From: Anaerohalosphaeraceae bacterium | Lineage (GTDB): Bacteria > Planctomycetota > Phycisphaerae > Sedimentisphaerales > Anaerohalosphaeraceae | Direction: 5' to 3' | Assembly: GCA_050309605.1 (NCBI GenBank) | Contig: JBNRMN010000033.1 | Location: 1 to 64,000 of the forward strand | Length of the DNA stretch: 64,000 bases | Shown here: piece by piece, positions 11,022-21,249 of the stretch | Layout of the letters: each line of letters starts with the position of its first letter | How positions within the stretch are numbered: the first letter of the stretch is position 1 | Program-made: the position numbers and the translations under genes | The notes under the pieces: generated by a model | The model's input: only the letters and a program-made list of their open reading frames with translations | The model's database searches: none | What the model was told of the DNA's origin: nothing

Positions 11022-12116
11022 ATGAGACGTTGTGCCGTGATGGGTATTATCGGGGTCGTGGCGCTGTCGATGACGGGTGTTGCGGATGTTCGTACCTTTA
11101 CCGGTTCGAGTGATGCCTCGGCGGCGGTGATGCTCGATGCACGGCATTTCGTCGTGGCGGACGATGAAAACAATACGTTGCGGATTTATGCGATAGACGG
11201 CCCCTCCGGGCCGGTCGGTCAGGTCGAATTGGATTTGTGTATAGAGCCGGATCATCCCGAAGCGGACATCGAAGGCGCCGCGCGGGTGGCGGATCGGATT
11301 TACTGGATCACCTCCCACGGACGAAACAAAAACGGCAAAGAACGCCCGAACCGCTATGCGTTTTTCGCCACGGATATTGTCAGCGACGGCCGCGGCGTTC
11401 CCACGATCAAACCGGTGGGCAGGCCATACCGCCGTCTGGCGTATGACGTGATGCTCAATCAACGGCTGCGGTTTTTGGGGCTGGATAAAACCATCCGTCT
11501 GGCCGAACCGCTGACAAAATCCCAACGAGAGGCACTTGCACCCAAGGAAAACGGCCTGAATATCGAAGGGCTGGCGGCCGGGCCGAATGGCTCGCTGCTG
11601 GTTGGCCTTCGCAATCCGCATTATCTTGATCCGGTTCGCGAAAAAGAGATGGCCATTTTACTCGTCCTGGAAAATCCCGACGAGATGGTCACCCGCAGTA
11701 CACCGGCGCGGTTCGGCGAGCCGATTTTACTGGATGCCGACGGGCTGGGTATCCGCAGCATTGAAGAGATGGTCTCGGAGTCGGGGCAGCGGCGGTATCT
11801 GATCGCGGCCGGCACCATCAACGGCACGAATCGATTTGCGTTTTATACCTGGGATGGCGGTGACGGGCCGCTGCACGCCTGGGGGATTGAGTTGCCCGAC
11901 GCGTTTACCCCGGAAGCCATGTTTCAGGTGTACGGGACAAATGCAGTCTGGATTCTCAGCGACGACGGCACGATTGAAAAGGAAGTTTCCAGCGCCGATG
12001 AGTGTGTGGAGGGCGAACTGCTCAAAAACGGCCGGTGTCCGAATAAATTCCTGCTGGACGCTGAACAACGCACTTTCCGCGCGATCACCGTAACCCGGCA
12101 AACGATCGAACCATAA
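11022..12116 (+). CDS. DUF3616-like secreted beta-propeller protein
   Basis: DASA..VADDENN, DIEG, WITSHGRNK, NIEGLA, GLRNP, PEA, LSDDG motifs; start uncertain. Confidence 0.7.
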   Translation: MRRCAVMGIIGVVALSMTGVADVRTFTGSSDASAAVMLDARHFVVADDENNTLRIYAIDGPSGPVGQVELDLCIEPDHPEADIEGAARVADRIYWITSHGRNKNGKERPNRYAFFATDIVSDGRGVPTIKPVGRPYRRLAYDVMLNQRLRFLGLDKTIRLAEPLTKSQREALAPKENGLNIEGLAAGPNGSLLVGLRNPHYLDPVREKEMAILLVLENPDEMVTRSTPARFGEPILLDADGLGIRSIEEMVSESGQRRYLIAAGTINGTNRFAFYTWDGGDGPLHAWGIELPDAFTPEAMFQVYGTNAVWILSDDGTIEKEVSSADECVEGELLKNGRCPNKFLLDAEQRTFRAITVTRQTIEP

Positions 12117-12300
12117 CATACAACAGCGATTCGGCCGTGCAGGTGTCCCGATTGATCCCTGCGGCAGGGCGGCCTATTGGATTGGATCGTTTGCATCCGG
12201 TGACTGCGAAAAGAGAAAATAGTGTCCCAAGCGGCGGTGTTGGGGTATAATGTCGCCATTAAAATTGATCATTTTCGATTAAATATCAGGGGAATACGAA

Positions 12301-13161
12301 TTGCCGGATGGTCGGATAACAATATGCGATCTGCTGGAGTATAAGCGCAGCGGGCGTCGGTTCGCGGCGGTAAGCTGCTATGACTATACCACGGCGCGGC
12401 TTGTGGCCGCGGCGGGCGTGGAGATGATTCTCGTCGGCGATTCGGCCGCTCAGGCCCTGCTCGGATACGAATCAACGCTGCCGGTAACAATGGATTTTAT
12501 GGTGACCTTGACCGAAGGCGTGCGCCGGGGCGCGCCGAAGGTGTGTCTGGTGGCGGATATGCCGTTTTTGTCGTATCAGACCTCAATTGCCGACGCGGTG
12601 CGCAACGCCGGGCGGTTTGTCCAGCAGGCCGGCGCCCAGGTCATCAAGATCGAGGCCGCCGCGGCGCATCTGGATGTGATTAAAGCGGTCAGCGATGCGG
12701 ACATGGCGGTGATGGCGCATATCGGCATTCGCCCGCAGAGCATCACCAAGCTCGGCCGCCTTCGGGCCGAGGGGACCACGGCCGATTTGGCCTGGGAGCT
12801 GGTGGATCTGGCCCGCAAGATGGTTCAGGCCGGCGCCTCGTCGCTGCTGCTGGAAGGCACTGCGCGGGAAGTGTCGCGAATCGTTACCGCCGAAAGCCCC
12901 GTACCGGTGGTCAGTTGCGGCTCAGGGCCGGACTGCGACGGACAGATTTTGATTATCAATGACATCCTCGGCCTGACCGAAGGCAAATTGCCGAAGTTTT
13001 CTCAGGTTTTTGGTCGGTTGGACGAGCCGATAACCGCCGCGATTTCGACCTATGCCCAGCAGGTGCGGGCCGGTACTTTTCCGGATGATGCGCATTGTTA
13101 TCATATCCGTCCCGGCGAACTGGAAAAACTGGAAGCAATTGTTAAGGCGACACAGAGGTAG
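12301..13161 (+). CDS. panB: 3-methyl-2-oxobutanoate hydroxymethyltransferase
   Basis: YD, ILVGDS, ADMPFLSY, KIE, HIGIRPQ, DGQIL; TTG start. Confidence 0.95.
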   Translation: MPDGRITICDLLEYKRSGRRFAAVSCYDYTTARLVAAAGVEMILVGDSAAQALLGYESTLPVTMDFMVTLTEGVRRGAPKVCLVADMPFLSYQTSIADAVRNAGRFVQQAGAQVIKIEAAAAHLDVIKAVSDADMAVMAHIGIRPQSITKLGRLRAEGTTADLAWELVDLARKMVQAGASSLLLEGTAREVSRIVTAESPVPVVSCGSGPDCDGQILIINDILGLTEGKLPKFSQVFGRLDEPITAAISTYAQQVRAGTFPDDAHCYHIRPGELEKLEAIVKATQR

Positions 13162-13165
13162 CACA

Positions 13166-14296
13166 ATGGCGGAAAACGGGTTTTCAAACGGAGCGGACAG
13201 TGCCGCTGCGATTCGTCCAGTCCTGTTGATTGATCCGGGTGTTTACAGCAATTACGCGGTGTACCTGCGGCGAATACTCATCGGCCTGGCCGATGCGGGG
13301 GACTCGGCGGCGGTTGTCTGTCCGGGCGACATCGACACCGCGTTGCTGGATTGTCCGATGGTTGAAAAGATTGACTATCCAGCGCTGCGTTTGGGGATTT
13401 TTTCAGCGACCAATCGGCGGATTCTTCTGGAACGGCTCAAACGATTCAAACCGACGGTCATCCATGCCTTTTGGCCGGGGCAGGCGGAGTTGGCGGCGTT
13501 TTTGTCCGAGTCGCTGGATGTGCCGTTTGTCATTATGTTTCACGGGCGGCCCAAACGTTGGGACCGCCATCGCAAGGCAATGTATCAGGCCGCTCGGCTG
13601 CTGGCCCCGTCGGACGTCCTGATCCGGCACGTTGCCGCAGCCCTGCCGGCGATGCGGCAGCGGATTGAGCATGTTCCCATCGGTTGCTATGTTGAAGACT
13701 CCTGCGCTTGTTTTGCGCGAATGGATCGACCGGCCAGCCTCATTGCGGTGCATCCGCTGGATGATGTGCGGCTGTTTGAGCCGCTGCTGGGGGCGATTCG
13801 TCATCTGCTGCTGGACGGGTTTGAGCTGATGCTTGTGTTGATGGGATCGGGCAAGGCCGAGCCTGCCATTCGCCGCCAGATTCGCTCGCTGGGGCTGACT
13901 CCGGCGGTTACGATTGTACCGCTGATGCGTCCGCTGCGCACGGTATTGGCCGGGGCGGATGTGTTTTTACATCTCCACGACCGCGGCCTGTTCAATGCCC
14001 AGATGCTGGAGGCGATGGGGGTGGGGCTGGCCATTGCCGGCGCCGAAGATGCCACCAGCGGCCTGCTGATTGACGGACAAACCGCCGCATTGTGGGACGG
14101 CAAAGATGAGATGAGCATTTATAGCTGCCTTAAACGTTTGCTCAGTCAGCGTGAATCGGCGCGGCGTCTGGCCCTGAACGCCCAGGCGTTTTTACAGCAG
14201 CAATGCGGCGTAAGCTGTATGATCGAAAACGTTCTGAACGCTTATGCAGCCGCCCGGCAAAGCGTCAAAAAACAATCGGCCCATGCCGCCGGTTAA
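13166..14296 (+). CDS. Glycosyltransferase family 4 (GT-B) protein
   Basis: FKPTVIHA, ADVFL..LEAMGVG, LIDGQT; GAGG RBS directly after panB. Confidence 0.75.
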   Translation: MAENGFSNGADSAAAIRPVLLIDPGVYSNYAVYLRRILIGLADAGDSAAVVCPGDIDTALLDCPMVEKIDYPALRLGIFSATNRRILLERLKRFKPTVIHAFWPGQAELAAFLSESLDVPFVIMFHGRPKRWDRHRKAMYQAARLLAPSDVLIRHVAAALPAMRQRIEHVPIGCYVEDSCACFARMDRPASLIAVHPLDDVRLFEPLLGAIRHLLLDGFELMLVLMGSGKAEPAIRRQIRSLGLTPAVTIVPLMRPLRTVLAGADVFLHLHDRGLFNAQMLEAMGVGLAIAGAEDATSGLLIDGQTAALWDGKDEMSIYSCLKRLLSQRESARRLALNAQAFLQQQCGVSCMIENVLNAYAAARQSVKKQSAHAAG

Positions 14297-14305
14297 TCCG
14301 GCCGA

Positions 14306-15370
14306 TTAGCGCATACGACCGCCGGGACCCTGGCCGACGAATCGACCGATTGCGTGGATACGCCCGCGCAAACATCCCTGGCACGCTTGCGCGGTTTCAT
14401 TCAGGCAGGCTTTACCCGGATAGATTTCGTAACGGGTGCGGTATGCGACGGGGGTGACGTTGGGCATCACGACATTGGCCCCGCGCGACAGTCCCAGCTC
14501 GCGCCCCGCGTCGCGATTGATCGTTGCCAGTGCGGTGGTGCTGGGGATGTTGGCCTGGGGACAGACCAGCCGCGTCAGTGCAATGACCTTATAGGTCATC
14601 TGTTCCTCGTTGGGAACCTGATCGTCCGGATCGACGGCGAAAACATCCTCTCCGCGTCCCAGCGGCGTCAGCGGGTTGGGAATATACGGCCCGACGCCGA
14701 CCATATCCAGATCAAATGTTTCAAATTTCAGAATATCTCGCGCCAGCGTGCGATAGGTCTGGCCGGGGATGCCGATCATCACGCCGCTGCCGACTTCGTA
14801 CCCCAGCTCACGCAGGCGGCGCAGCAGGTCAAAGCGGTCGTAAGTCTGTCCCGGTCGCGGGGGATGGATGCGGGCGTACAGCTGCGGATCGGAAGTTTCA
14901 AACCGCAGCAGATAGCGGTCGGCGCCGGCGGTGCGCCACGCGGCCAGCTCTTTTGGCTCACGCTCACCCAGACTCAGCGTCACGGCCAGCGGCAGCTCGG
15001 ATTTGATCTTTCGGATCAGTCCGGCGATGCGGTCGGTTTCGAGGCCGTAATCCTCTCCGCCCTGTATCACCACCGTGCCGTAGCCGAACTGATGGGCTTG
15101 CCGGGCGCAGTCGAGCACTTCCTTGTCGCTCATTCGATAACGCTCCAGATACGGGTTGGTCACTGCCAGTCCGCAATAGGCGCACTGCCGAATGCAGTAA
15201 TTGGAAATTTCAATCAGGCCGCGCAGATGCACCGCGTCGCCGACGTGCTCACGCCGCACCGCGTCGGCCGCCGCCCAGAGCGGTTCCAGTGCTTCCGGGT
15301 CGTCCTGACGCAGCCATTGCTCGACCGCATCGAGGGTCAGATTTTCGGTTAGGTTATGCATACGACTCAT
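14306..15370 (-). CDS. hydE: [FeFe]-hydrogenase H-cluster maturase, radical SAM
   Basis: RGLIEISNYCIRQCAYC, LLRFET, GSGVMIGIPGQ, PSTTAL, GANVVMPN, YEIYPGK, C-terminal Cys cluster. Confidence 0.88.
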   Translation of the reverse strand: MSRMHNLTENLTLDAVEQWLRQDDPEALEPLWAAADAVRREHVGDAVHLRGLIEISNYCIRQCAYCGLAVTNPYLERYRMSDKEVLDCARQAHQFGYGTVVIQGGEDYGLETDRIAGLIRKIKSELPLAVTLSLGEREPKELAAWRTAGADRYLLRFETSDPQLYARIHPPRPGQTYDRFDLLRRLRELGYEVGSGVMIGIPGQTYRTLARDILKFETFDLDMVGVGPYIPNPLTPLGRGEDVFAVDPDDQVPNEEQMTYKVIALTRLVCPQANIPSTTALATINRDAGRELGLSRGANVVMPNVTPVAYRTRYEIYPGKACLNETAQACQGCLRGRIHAIGRFVGQGPGGRMR

Positions 15371-15599
15371 ACGAAAGAGAGGGCCGGTCGGTTTTCGAAA
15401 GAATTCGCGGTATTATACTGCAAACGTCGGATTTGACAACGGCAATTTACGTTCGGCGCCTGTGGTCTCGATGGCGGGCTGTTTTTCATAGGGAAACGGT
15501 CGAAAAATACTTTATTCGCAGGCCGGTTTTGGCTATAGTATCGCCGACGTATCGCCACGAACAATAGAATGGATTTTTGTTGACAAACGGAGATGGTCT

Positions 15600-16502
15600 A
15601 TGGCTAATGTGGTACTCAAAACCGACATTCCCGATGTACCGGTCAAGCACGGCAAGGTGCGGGACATTTACGATCTCGGCCAGACGCTGCTGATTGTCGC
15701 TTCCGACCGCATCAGTGCGTTTGATGTGATTATGAAAACCGGCATCCCGTATAAAGGTCAGGTGCTGACTCAGATTTCCAAATTCTGGTTTGATTTTTTG
15801 TCCGGCACAGTCGAAAATCATCTGATCTCGGACCGCGTTGCGGAGTTTCCCTCGCCGTTTTGCGATCATCCGGAACAACTGGCCGGGCGGAGTATGCTGG
15901 TCAAAAAGACCCGCGTGCTGCCGGTCGAGTGCATTGTTCGCGGTTATATAACCGGCTCCGGCTGGAAGGAGTACCAGAAACAGGGGACGGTCTGCGGCAT
16001 TGAGCTGCCGGCGGGTCTGAAGCAATGTCAGAAGCTGCCCGAGCCGATTTTTACTCCCTCAACCAAGGCCGAGCAGGGCGCCCACGACGAGAATATCGAC
16101 TATGAAGCCTGCGTGGGACTGATCGGCAGGGACAAGGCCGACTACGTCCGCGATAAAAGTGTAGAGATTTTCAAAAAAGCCCAGGCCTATGCCGAGTCCA
16201 AGGGCATTTTGCTGGCCGATACCAAGTTCGAATGGGGCGAGATTGACGGGCGAATCATTTTAATTGATGAGGTGCTCACGCCGGATTCGTCGCGGTTCTG
16301 GCCGGCGGACAAATACGAACCCGGACGCGATCAGGAAAGTTTCGACAAGCAATTTGTCCGCAACTATCTGGAGGAAATCAATTTTGACAAATCCGGCCCG
16401 GGCGTGGAACTGCCGACGGATATCGTGGAAAAAACCAGCGCCAAATACATCGAAGCCTACGAACGGCTGACCGGTCAGGCATTTCAACAGGGCGCCGGTT
16501 AA
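15600..16502 (+). CDS. purC: SAICAR synthetase
   Basis: GKVRDIY, SDRISAFD, ECIVRGY, FTPSTKA, ADTKFE, DEVLTPDSSRFW, DKQFVR. Confidence 0.97.
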   Translation: MANVVLKTDIPDVPVKHGKVRDIYDLGQTLLIVASDRISAFDVIMKTGIPYKGQVLTQISKFWFDFLSGTVENHLISDRVAEFPSPFCDHPEQLAGRSMLVKKTRVLPVECIVRGYITGSGWKEYQKQGTVCGIELPAGLKQCQKLPEPIFTPSTKAEQGAHDENIDYEACVGLIGRDKADYVRDKSVEIFKKAQAYAESKGILLADTKFEWGEIDGRIILIDEVLTPDSSRFWPADKYEPGRDQESFDKQFVRNYLEEINFDKSGPGVELPTDIVEKTSAKYIEAYERLTGQAFQQGAG

Positions 16503-16508
16503 CCACAC

Positions 16509-16739
16509 CGCAGCGCAACGGCGCGGCGCAATAGCGCGGCCGCGCAAGCGGCCCGATGGGGGATGTAACGCCGTGGGTGTCGCAATCCGGCCGCTTGCGC
16601 GGCTCGGCTGTTGTATGGTAACGCAGCGCAACGGCGCGGCGCAATAGCGCGGCCGCGCAAGCGGCCCGATCAGCGATGCGGATGCGTCCGGCGTTGTTCG
16701 AGTTGTGGTATTATCCGGCTTACTCGCGCGGCTCGGCTG
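16509..16739. repeat. Tandem REPIN-like element (two units, each an inverted pair of GC-rich REP-like arms)
   Basis: Identical 49-mer at 16509-16557 and 16622-16670; arm gccgcgcaagcggcccgat pairs with atccggccgcttgcgcggc (16585-16603); homologue at 31269-31440. Confidence 0.8.
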
Positions 16740-17532
16740 CGGGCTGATGGTCCAAACGCTCGGCGACGCATTTTTGAATATGGCGCCACGCGCGCTGCGC
16801 CGGCGCGACATCGGGCAGCCAGTGCGCAATGGCGTCCAGACATCCACGATCGCGTATCTGCCGCAGCGTCCAGTCAAAATAAACGTCAAACACCCAGCCA
16901 AGCTGCATCACTTTGGCGTCGGTCAGCGTCTTGACGTGCCGATAATCAATGAGCCGGTTGTTCATGACGGCATCGAGAATAGAAGGCGAGATGTCCGGAC
17001 GGTCCGGAAATTCTACTTCAAGGACGAACGCCGCCTTGTTTTCGTGAAACAGCCGATAGTTTTCCGCGCACAGACAGTAGATATCCAGCTTGTCCGCATC
17101 GCGTATCATTTGGGCGAACCGGGCGGTTCGCGCGTCCATCGCAGGCAATTCTTTTGCGCCGTGAAACTCCACGGCCTGTCGAACGATGGCCTGTTCGTCA
17201 GCCGGCAGCTCGTGTATCAATCCGTATTCATCAATGATCCGCAGCCCCAGCAGGCAATGATTTTCACTGTTGACATCTTTGTAGGTGCGGTATTTTTTGA
17301 ATTGGTCAAAACGGCCGACATCGTGCAGCAGGGCAATCGACTCGGCCAGCACGGCCTCATCGTCGTTCATCGCCAGCGCCGCGGCCAGTGCTCGCATCTC
17401 GGCACAGACCCGCCGAGTGTGGCACTCCTTCAAGTGCAGGTTGCTGTTGAGGTACTCATCCCCCGGCACATAGCAGGTGCGTACATAATCGTAAAACCAG
17501 TGTTGGAGCTGTTCAAATTGCGATTGCTGCAT
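16720..17532 (-). CDS. HD-domain phosphohydrolase
   Basis: HT..V, LLHDVGRFDQ, NH, FH, IRDADKLD. Confidence 0.88.
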   Translation of the reverse strand: MQQSQFEQLQHWFYDYVRTCYVPGDEYLNSNLHLKECHTRRVCAEMRALAAALAMNDDEAVLAESIALLHDVGRFDQFKKYRTYKDVNSENHCLLGLRIIDEYGLIHELPADEQAIVRQAVEFHGAKELPAMDARTARFAQMIRDADKLDIYCLCAENYRLFHENKAAFVLEVEFPDRPDISPSILDAVMNNRLIDYRHVKTLTDAKVMQLGWVFDVYFDWTLRQIRDRGCLDAIAHWLPDVAPAQRAWRHIQKCVAERLDHQPAAEPRE

Positions 17533-17725
17533 ACCATATAACCTTTATCTCTAAGTTCATTCGAGATAGTTGGGGGTATCCCGAAGATGAATGAAAACGC
17601 CTTCGTCCCGCTTACACAAAACGGTTATCGACACCAGTATAACATCCGCCGCACCGGATACAAGAGGTCGTTATACTGATGTCCGACCACCGCAGAAAAC
17701 GCCTTATTCCTTGTCGATGGCTGGG

Positions 17726-17819
17726 TAAAAAAAACGAGCCGGCACCCCAGTCCGGCTCTAAGCATCACCCTCGTCCGCTCTCGGACGATTATTGTCGCGT
17801 TGGCTGTATGATTGACGAG
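17726..17819 (-). ncRNA. Candidate ~95-nt sigma54-dependent small RNA
   Basis: Lies between a -24/-12 promoter and an intrinsic terminator; internal 7-bp hairpin at 17771-17788; no credible ORF. Confidence 0.45.
17727..17758 (-). terminator. Intrinsic terminator
   Basis: Minus strand: gagccgg-actggggtg-ccggctc-g-tttttttt. Confidence 0.75.
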
Positions 17820-17829
17820 GAGAGGAAAT

Positions 17830-17846
17830 TGCAAACAGTATGCCAG
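17830..17846 (-). promoter_or_regulatory. Sigma54 (RpoN) -24/-12 promoter
   Basis: Minus strand CTGGCATACTGTTTGCA matches YTGGCA-N6-TTGCW with exact spacing. Confidence 0.6.
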
Positions 17847-18385
17847 AAGTCCAAAAAGACGGTCCGTTGGGGAGATTGATTTTTATCCATTTTGTTTGTA
17901 AATACTTAGCTGTATTATGAGAGGGTTTCGAACGGTTGCGGAATGTAAAAATCATGCAGGCGCGTTGAAAAAACAAAACACTTGAACAGAAAAAGATCGA
18001 GCAAATCACGCCCGATAATCGTATATAAATTTGCAGAGGGATAGATTGGCGGGATGTTGAAAAAAAACAACACGAAATGGGTGATTGAAAATAAAAATCA
18101 ACGCCGCCTTCTGCCGCCGGGGGTTTAGCCCCCGTTTCACCGCAAGGCGTGTCCGAGCCGGCAATGGGCCGGCGCCGGCCCGGACGTGGCGAAACGAGAT
18201 ATGGAATCGGCATTCACCTGCGTAAACCTTAAAATACAAAAGACACTGCGACAAATCGAAAAAATAGTTTTTTTTTCGTATTTTTTCAAAAAAGTTATTA
18301 AATTGCGACCGCTTATGATATATGTTGATAGGGGGATGAGCAGTTGAAAGATATGATTGTAAACTTACTAAACAGGAGTTAAAAT

Positions 18386-19198
18386 ATGCTTAAATCGAGA
18401 CGCAAACGCGGCTTTACGTTGATTGAACTGCTGGTGGTCATTGCCATTATTGCGCTGTTGCTCAGCATTGTGGTACCCTCCCTTAAAAAGGCCAAAGAAC
18501 ACGCTCAGCGCGTTATTGGATACACCAATTTGCGAAGTTTGAGTACGGCCTTACACATCTACTTAAATACCAATGATGACCGGTTTTTTGGTTACGACGG
18601 CTCAGTGTTGTGGATGGATTATATCGGGGACATTGTTGATAACATTGATGAAGTGCGTTATTGCCCAAGAACAACGCGGAATCTTCAGGTTGCTGAAGAG
18701 AGATATCAAAACAACCCGGGTTCACATTGGGGCGAAGCGGAGGTTCCGTGGGTTTGGGGTGCTTCAAGTGATACAACCAAAAAATATGAACTGGGCAGTT
18801 ATGGCTTGAATGGCTGGATGTATGCAGAGACTGCTTATGCCGGTTCGTATCAGAACAATCTTTTTGGGCGTCGTACGGCGGTTCGAAGTCCCAGTCAGAC
18901 ACCGTTTGTGCTGGATGCGGTTTGGCCGGACGGTTGGCCGAGAAGCACCAATACATTGCCGGCAAATTATAATTACGACCTTGGTGCTCAAGACATTACC
19001 CATGGTAATGCGGACAACAACTATATGATGGGCCGCTATGTGACTAACCGCCATGGCAGTGTTACAAACGTAATCTTTGTGGATGGTCAGGTCAAATCGG
19101 TACCTCTTCAGGAATTATGGGCGTTGTCGTGGCATAAAGGTTATCAGCCGCGATATGATGTAGAACTTCCCAAACCGGTGCCAACCGGACAACGGTAA
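18386..19198 (+). CDS. Prepilin-type N-terminal cleavage/methylation protein with C-terminal H-X9-DG motif (DUF1559-like)
   Basis: GFTLIELLVVIAIIALL; YCP; SYGLN; RHGSVTNVIFVDGQV; AGGAG RBS. Confidence 0.9.
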   Translation: MLKSRRKRGFTLIELLVVIAIIALLLSIVVPSLKKAKEHAQRVIGYTNLRSLSTALHIYLNTNDDRFFGYDGSVLWMDYIGDIVDNIDEVRYCPRTTRNLQVAEERYQNNPGSHWGEAEVPWVWGASSDTTKKYELGSYGLNGWMYAETAYAGSYQNNLFGRRTAVRSPSQTPFVLDAVWPDGWPRSTNTLPANYNYDLGAQDITHGNADNNYMMGRYVTNRHGSVTNVIFVDGQVKSVPLQELWALSWHKGYQPRYDVELPKPVPTGQR

Positions 19199-19217
19199 AA
19201 ATGATAAAAAATAATCG

Positions 19218-19254
19218 AAACCGTCGCAAATCGCATTTTCGCGGCGGTTTTTTT
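19218..19254. terminator. Probable bidirectional terminator
   Basis: aaaccgtcgc...gcggcggttttttt between convergent genes. Confidence 0.6.
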
Positions 19255-19266
19255 ATGCGCCGACAA

Positions 19267-20976
19267 TCAGGACTGCTTCAGTTTTTTTTGGATTTTGGCC
19301 CAGGTGTCTTTGAGTGTGGCGGTGCGGTTGAAGACCAGGCGTCCGTCGCTGGTGTCCGGGTCGGTGCAGACATAGCCGATGCGCTCAAACTGCCACCGGT
19401 CCAGCGGTCGGGTGTCTTTGAGCGACGGCTCGACTTTGCAGCCGGTTAGCACCGTCAGTGAGTCGGGGTTGATATTGGCGGTGAAATCCTGGCCCTCCTG
19501 GGTGTCATCGGGGTCTTCTTTGGTAAACAGGTGTTCGTAGAGCCGCACCTCGGCCTCACGTGCCTGTTCGGCGGCCACCCAATGCAGCGTGGCCTTGACC
19601 TTCCGTCCGTCGGGGGCGTCGCCGCCGCGTGTGGCCGGGTCGTAGGTGCAGCGCAGCTCGACGATGCTGCCGTCGGCGTCTTTGACGACGTCTTCGCAGC
19701 GGATGAAGTAGGCATAGCGCAGCCGCACTTCGCGCCCCGGCGCCAGGCGGAAGAACTTTTTGGGCGGATCTTCCATAAAATCGTCCTGCTCGATATATAA
19801 CACCTTTGAAAACGGCACCTTGCGCGTTCCGGCGGACGGGTCTTCGGGATTGTTGACCGCGTCCATCCATTCGACCTGTCCTTCCGGATAGTTGGTCAAT
19901 ACGACCTTCAGCGGACGCAGAACCGCCATCACGCGTGGCGAAGTACGATTCAGATCCTCGCGAAGGCAGTGTTCGAGCAGGGCATAGTCCACGGTGCTGT
20001 TGAATTTGTTGACGCCGATGATTTTGCAGAAGTTTCGGATGGATTCGGGCGAAAACCCGCGCCGGCGCAGTCCGCCGAGGGTGGGCATCCGCGGGTCATC
20101 CCAACCGCGAACAAATTTTTCCTGCACCAGGCGGAGCAGCTTTCGCTTGCTCATTACGGTATAGGTCAGGTTCAGACGGGCAAACTCAATCTGCTGCGGA
20201 TGGTGGATACCCAATTCATCGAGAAACCAGTCATACAGCGGGCGGTGGTTTTCAAACTCAAGCGTGCAGATTGAGTGGGTGATGCCTTCGATGGCATCTT
20301 CCAGGCCGTGCGCCCAGTCGTACATCGGATAAATGCACCAGGTATCGCCGGTGCGGTGATGCGCCGCGTGCAGGATGCGATACATCACCGGATCGCGCAT
20401 ATTGATATTAGGATGGGACATGTCTATTTTTGCCCGCAGCGTCCGTGAGCCGTCGGGAAACTCGCCGGCCCGCATTCGCGTAAATAAATCAAGGTTTTCC
20501 TCGATGCTGCGGTTTCGGTACGGGCTTTCTTTGCCCGGCTCGGTCAGGGTACCGCGATACTGTCGCGTTTGTTCGGCGGTCAGGTCGCAGACATACGCCT
20601 TGCCTTTTTTGATCAGGTCAATGGCCCACTGATACATCTGTTCGAAATAGTCCGACCCGAAAAAGAGCCGATCCTGCCAGTCCCAGCCGAGCCAGCGGAC
20701 ATCGTTGATGATTGAATCCACATATTCTTGCTCTTCTTTGCAGGGATTGGTGTCGTCAAAGCGCAGATTGCATTGTCCGCCGAACTCGGCGGCGATGCCG
20801 AAGTTCAGGCAGATGCTTTTGGCATGGCCGATGTGCAGATAGCCGTTCGGCTCCGGCGGAAACCGCGTATGGACGCGATGGTCCCATTTGCCCGTTTTAC
20901 AGTCGTCGGCAACGATTTGCCGTATAAAGTCCAGCCGTTCCGGGCCGGCGTTTGTCCCGTTTTTCTGTTCTGTCAT
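19267..20976 (-). CDS. glnS: Glutamine--tRNA ligase
   Basis: [43 protein letters not shown] before ATG 20976. Confidence 0.97.
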   Translation of the reverse strand: MTEQKNGTNAGPERLDFIRQIVADDCKTGKWDHRVHTRFPPEPNGYLHIGHAKSICLNFGIAAEFGGQCNLRFDDTNPCKEEQEYVDSIINDVRWLGWDWQDRLFFGSDYFEQMYQWAIDLIKKGKAYVCDLTAEQTRQYRGTLTEPGKESPYRNRSIEENLDLFTRMRAGEFPDGSRTLRAKIDMSHPNINMRDPVMYRILHAAHHRTGDTWCIYPMYDWAHGLEDAIEGITHSICTLEFENHRPLYDWFLDELGIHHPQQIEFARLNLTYTVMSKRKLLRLVQEKFVRGWDDPRMPTLGGLRRRGFSPESIRNFCKIIGVNKFNSTVDYALLEHCLREDLNRTSPRVMAVLRPLKVVLTNYPEGQVEWMDAVNNPEDPSAGTRKVPFSKVLYIEQDDFMEDPPKKFFRLAPGREVRLRYAYFIRCEDVVKDADGSIVELRCTYDPATRGGDAPDGRKVKATLHWVAAEQAREAEVRLYEHLFTKEDPDDTQEGQDFTANINPDSLTVLTGCKVEPSLKDTRPLDRWQFERIGYVCTDPDTSDGRLVFNRTATLKDTWAKIQKKLKQS

Positions 20977-21249
20977 ATTGCTGTCCTCAATAAAAATCAG
21001 CGTAAAACTATAAATCACATCCGCGACAATAGCAAGCCGGTTCTTGCAGGATTTGCCGGTAAGTTGGGGCGGTTGTTGTGCGCCGCGAAAAAAATTTCCA
21101 AAAAATCCAAAATTTGCACCTGATTTTTTTGGTTCCAATACATTTCATTGCAGATTGGCCGGAGTTGGGTTCGTTCGTCCGTGAGCCATATGATATACTA
21201 AATCCGGTGATAACAGGAAATCGGCCGGCGTGATGCCTGCATATGAACG

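Noticed and set aside
14354..15352. 332-aa + strand ORF
   Set aside because: Antisense shadow of hydE.
16509..16670. 49-bp direct repeat read as a CRISPR array
   Set aside because: Only two copies; the intervening sequence contains a conserved inverted arm; no cas genes; a dispersed homologue exists. This fits REP/REPIN better.
18090..18230. c-di-GMP riboswitch, tmRNA or SRP RNA
   Set aside because: Lacks the diagnostic conserved motifs on both strands.
17625..18254. Short ORFs in the large intergenic region
   Set aside because: No recognisable motifs, atypical composition, and they run through a terminator or A/T tracts.
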